From contig OZ365111.1 of NCBI GenBank assembly GCA_977030845.1, forward strand, positions 47,802,001 to 47,866,000: DNA of 64,000 bases, written 5' to 3'. Both the position numbers and the translations under genes were made by a program. Positions 59,647-64,000 of this stretch are shown here, piece after piece; within the stretch, counting starts at the first letter, position 1, and each line of letters begins with the position of its first letter. Source of the DNA: Fimbriosthenelais zetlandica. Its lineage: Eukaryota. The notes under the pieces are model-generated. The model was given only the letters and a program-made list of their open reading frames with translations. It made no database searches and was not told the DNA's origin.

Positions 59647-62161
59647 TCACAAGTCAAGAAGCAGAGTGCGGGGGTCTTCAACGCCTGCTTTCACTTTTCT
59701 CAAGAAGGTGACCGCCTCGCGGCCGTCTACAAGTCTATGGTCATAAGTCAAAGCCACGTACATCATTGGGCGGATTTCGACCTGGAGAAAACAAAAAGAA
59801 AAATATCAAAGTCAAGGGTGGGATTATTTATTCGAAAACACAAATTCGCAGACACAAATTTTCTTTTTTGATGGAAACTGTTTTGAAACCAATTCCTACA
59901 GTTCGGTATTCAAATTTGAATTTGTTCTTACCTATCTTATGAACTAAAAGCGAAGTTAGTTTTGATTCTTACCTTGCCATTGATAGCGACAGGTCTCTCA
60001 AAGATGCCATGCATGCCGAGGATGGCTGACTGGGGTGGGTTGATGATTGGTGTGCCCATTAATGAGCCGAAAACTCCTCCATTACTGATGGTGAACGTGC
60101 CTCCATCCATGTCCTCAATGGCCAAGTTACCATCCTTAGCCTAGAGTCAAGAAATAAAGCAATTCTATATAGAAAACTTTAACTATTCCCTATATTTGAG
60201 AGCATCCTCACTGATGGCTCACATATATGCCACCTTGTGTGTATATCTGGAACTAAGATGGCGCGACGCGCTGAACCACCGTACGCCAGTGCCACTCTGA
60301 GTAGTGGCCACAGGAGGAACTAAATTCATTGTACAAAGTCTAAAGATTAACCAATGTGTTGTCACCTTGTCTCCAAGTTCTCCTAGTCCTCTCTCTATAG
60401 CAGCATAGTTCATGGTTTCTACGTTACGAAGAACAGGCACAACCAGACCCTGAAAAAATAGGCGGCTAATCAGTGGAGACCTCAACTAGGCAAATCCCGA
60501 AATTGGACTCCCAATGCAGAAAAAGAAACCCAACTTTCCTTTCTTAAAAATGATACTTTTGCATACAAAACATAATAAGAAATTACAATATCTTTTGAAG
60601 ATTTTACAGAAGGAATAGAAATGTCCTTAAAATAATCAAAAAGATTCTATTCTAAGTATTCTATTGTGTGAAGAAAACTTAGTTTCTTCGGGAATTATTT
60701 TTGTACCTTGGGAGTTGCCACTGCCACAGAGACGTCGACATAATCACGGTAGACGATCTCATTGTCATCAATGACAGCGTTCACAGCTGGCTGGTCCTGG
60801 AGGGCCACGGCTGACGCCTTGAGGAAGGCTGACATGAACCCTAACTTGATGTTGTGTTTCTTGAGGAAAGCGTCCTTATACTTAGAGCGCAGTTCCATAA
60901 TATTACTGTCAAATGAAGTTAGATAATTACTGAACACGGGCAAACTTCTTGTAGTCTAAGTCTTTAAACTTTTCTCTTAAGTTAAATATTACTTTCATGG
61001 TCTAACAAAAGTATGTTTGTTATAGAAATTTCTCTTGAAACTGTCAGTCTTTGACACTGTCCATTTGGGCTATTTTCAATGATGATGCACAGAAAATTCT
61101 CAATTTTACATTTGTTCCCTCTCCCTCTTACCCCATGTCGATCTCGTTAAACGTAGTGAGCATGGCACAAGTATTCTGGGCATCCTTAAGGCGTTGAGCA
61201 ATTCTTAACCTCATACGACTCATCTTAACCTGAACAAAATAAAATTGAAATCTTAAAACATTTTCCACAGGCATCTTCTAAAAGTTTATCGCAGTAGTAT
61301 CACAAGAAAAATCAAAGTAGTGAATTTCTGGCTTCAGTGTGCCCTTAGACTCATGTTCTATTTTCTTCTCGGAATTAATGAAAGAAAAATAAACTTAAAT
61401 ATAAAAAATCTTACCCTGCTCTCAGTACGGAGGCCTGTAGGAGCTGGCGTGGGGGTAGAGGTGGCCGGGGTGACAGGCACAGAGGAGGTAGGTTTTGAGG
61501 AGATGGGTTGACTAGGGACAGGAGGAACTGGAGGCATACTAGAGGGTATGGTGCCTGCAGCAGCTGGTGCAGCAGCTGGAGGTGGGGGTGGTGGGGCTGG
61601 AGCATCTGCTGGTGGAGCTTCAGCTTTAGCTGCAGGGGCAGATCCAACTGCTGAAATATAAATGAATAAATTAAGATCAACTAATTATAAACTCCTAACA
61701 CCGATGCAAACAAGGTTTATTATTCGGATATTGTAAAAATGTATTATTATCCAAGCATTGTAAAAATAAACTTGTATCTATAGTAGTAATATTTTATATA
61801 AATCGGCTTGTAGTTATCTCTGATTTTAACCTACCTCCAAGTTGTAGTTTGAAGAGTTCCTGACCGGCGACCACCCGGCCCCCATCCTCCACCAAGAGTT
61901 CAGTAATCACTCCAGAGGCTGGAGCCGGCACAGGTATGGAGGTCTGAAAATTGGGAAAACAATCAGAAATATCAGATTAAATTGTAAGCATTTTAAACAA
62001 ATCTCAAGTATAAGATCTAACCATGGCCTTTGGGATCAAAGAAGGGAAAAATTAAGTGCTAGTGATGCACACAATTTTGTTGGTCAATTCTGCATTTGTA
62101 CTTACTTTGTCGGTTTCGATTTCGGCAACCAGTTCATCTTCACCCACGCTATCACCAACGG
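59647..62161 (-). CDS. DLST: Dihydrolipoamide S-succinyltransferase (E2 of 2-oxoglutarate dehydrogenase), 5'-partial
   Basis: Exons 62161-62106, 61943-61835, 61650-61415, 61229-61132, 60905-60707, 60449-60366, 60140-59973, 59781-59647 with consistent phases. Lipoyl motif EIETDKTS, Pro/Ala linker, [30 protein letters not shown], catalytic [12 protein letters not shown]. Confidence 0.97.
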
Positions 62162-64000
62162 CTGTAAAAAAAATCCAAGAAAAAATTCTAAGAAGATCAA
62201 TGTCATGAATAGCATGGGAAATTTCATATCGAGATTCCAAAAAGATGAAAAATCTAAATTTAGGCTGAGATGAATTCTGAATGCTAATGTTTATGACGAA
62301 TCATGGATGAATGCTTGGGCTTGACTGAATCATATATTTAAATAGACACTACCAGACCACAATCAGTGACACTCCTCTGACCACAACACAATATAAATCT
62401 CTCCCTTTATCTTTACTCTCAATGGTCAATGGTCAACAAAGACAGGAAACTAATAAACACTCCCTACAAACCCATATTTAATATTGATTTTTCAATACTG
62501 TAATTTGAATGTTTCAATGTACAACTGGACCAGGGACACCAATATCAGTCAGTCAAATTTTAGGCTGCTTCCCCAAAATATTTCCTTGGATGAGATAACA
62601 AATTCTCAAGATTTTCCAGGTTAGCTGGGAACATTATGAGGCTTATATTTTAGATCAGGGTCAATCTGTGAGAAGTGCCCAGTCTGTTTCATCAGGGATT
62701 GGTTACAACACTACATAACTGTCATTTATATGGAGGATATGCAACCAGTTGACGGGGAGGAGGCATACATGGAGATAATTTGTTTGATTGTATAGAACCT
62801 ATGCTAGTATAACCCTGGTGGCTATATCTGATAAGATGCATAATCAGCTGGTCCGGATCTAAGCTTGAGATGCTTAGGCCAATACAAATTTATACATTAA
62901 AAGCAGCTGAGAAGGACATCTATAGTGAACCATAGACATCACCGATTGAGATACAGGAAATTATTTTATTCAATTACAATACATCATTTCAAAAGCTACT
63001 GTCCAGCACATTCGGTCTGAGTAAGTGGCCACCTCAAAAGCTCGCAAGTTCTTTTTCTAAATTTAAGGTGGTCCTGAGGCCCACGTTAAATTTGTGGAAA
63101 AACAGTTACGTGGATATCAGTTACCATGATTTCAGTCAGGGGATCTGGTGGACTGGTGGTCTGGCTCCAAATTAAAGGACTAACACGACGGTCTAAAGAT
63201 CTGGTCAAGCCTCATCATGCACTGGACCAAGAAGCTGAGACACAGCTGTGTTTGGCCTAATCTCTGGTTGGTCTAAGATCTCCAGATATCCAATATCAAC
63301 CTCTCCACCTCACGCCCCATCAGCCGGGGACCAGGATCCTGTCTCATACCGGACATAACCTGTTTGTTCCTCTTGTCTTGACATGTCTTAAAGTCATTAC
63401 TGCCTTCCGCCCAACTATAGTCTGAGACGGGGCTCTATGGAGAGAGCAACACATAGTCATATCCCACAGCTGGTCTAGAAATTAATATCTTCATTATTTT
63501 GTCATTTTCTTATTATGAATTTAATTAAATGACTACATGTAGTTCTACAAATCTGTTCCATTTCTTTAGGTCCTTAAGACCTCAGCTGAATAATCCTTCT
63601 TTTAAAATAGTAAAATAGAGCTCATGACTAATAAAGTCACCATAAAGAAGAACTTTAGAAAGACTTACAAAGATGTAACCACCCCAACCCCGCACCAAAC
63701 AAAACTCAGCAAAAACTCAAGCCAAAGAAAATGACACGGAAACAACTTGAGCATGCAAGCCAATTATTTCATGTTACCACAAATCATTAAGACACTGCAC
63801 GGACAAAGTTTATAGCACTACATCTGTCCATGTACATTGCCACCCCCACCCCCAACTGGGTTAGACAGAAATGTATATTATTATCCTCAAGATAAGGTTC
63901 AAACCATCTGGTATCAGTTAAAGACGTATCCGTGTCCATGTTTAAACTGGCAGACAATAAGACTTCCTTGAGCTGCTTTACTCCCAAATGATGCACACTA

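Noticed and set aside
62162-64000. Search for upstream DLST exons (transit peptide and start of the lipoyl domain)
   Set aside because: No convincing exon found; these probably lie beyond the window.

Overview
Eukaryotic (animal) genomic DNA, AT-rich and intron-dense. It is probably a lophotrochozoan or mollusc, inferred from the kinesin light chain protein being very close to squid KLC as I recall it. There are five protein-coding genes: kinesin light chain (KLC, minus strand, 3' end runs off the window), eIF5 (plus, complete), an unclassified divergent homeobox gene (minus, predicted 3 exons and 260 aa), B9D2 (plus, complete) and DLST (minus, 5' part beyond the window). Two identical tRNA-Lys(CTT) genes and several MITE-like elements are also present. 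Strongest observations: (1) KLC carries two separate pairs of tandem-duplicated, apparently mutually exclusive exons in its TPR cargo-binding domain, each pair with short complementary sequences next to the donors; (2) eIF5 has an out-of-frame overlapping uORF that is assembled across a 5.6-kb intron and contains two poor-context UUU-AUG starts; (3) the homeobox gene is spliced, divergent, and its 4.1-kb first intron holds the tRNA genes, tRNA look-alike units and nested transposon relics. All exon structures were read by hand from splice signals and reading-frame continuity; no database search was run.
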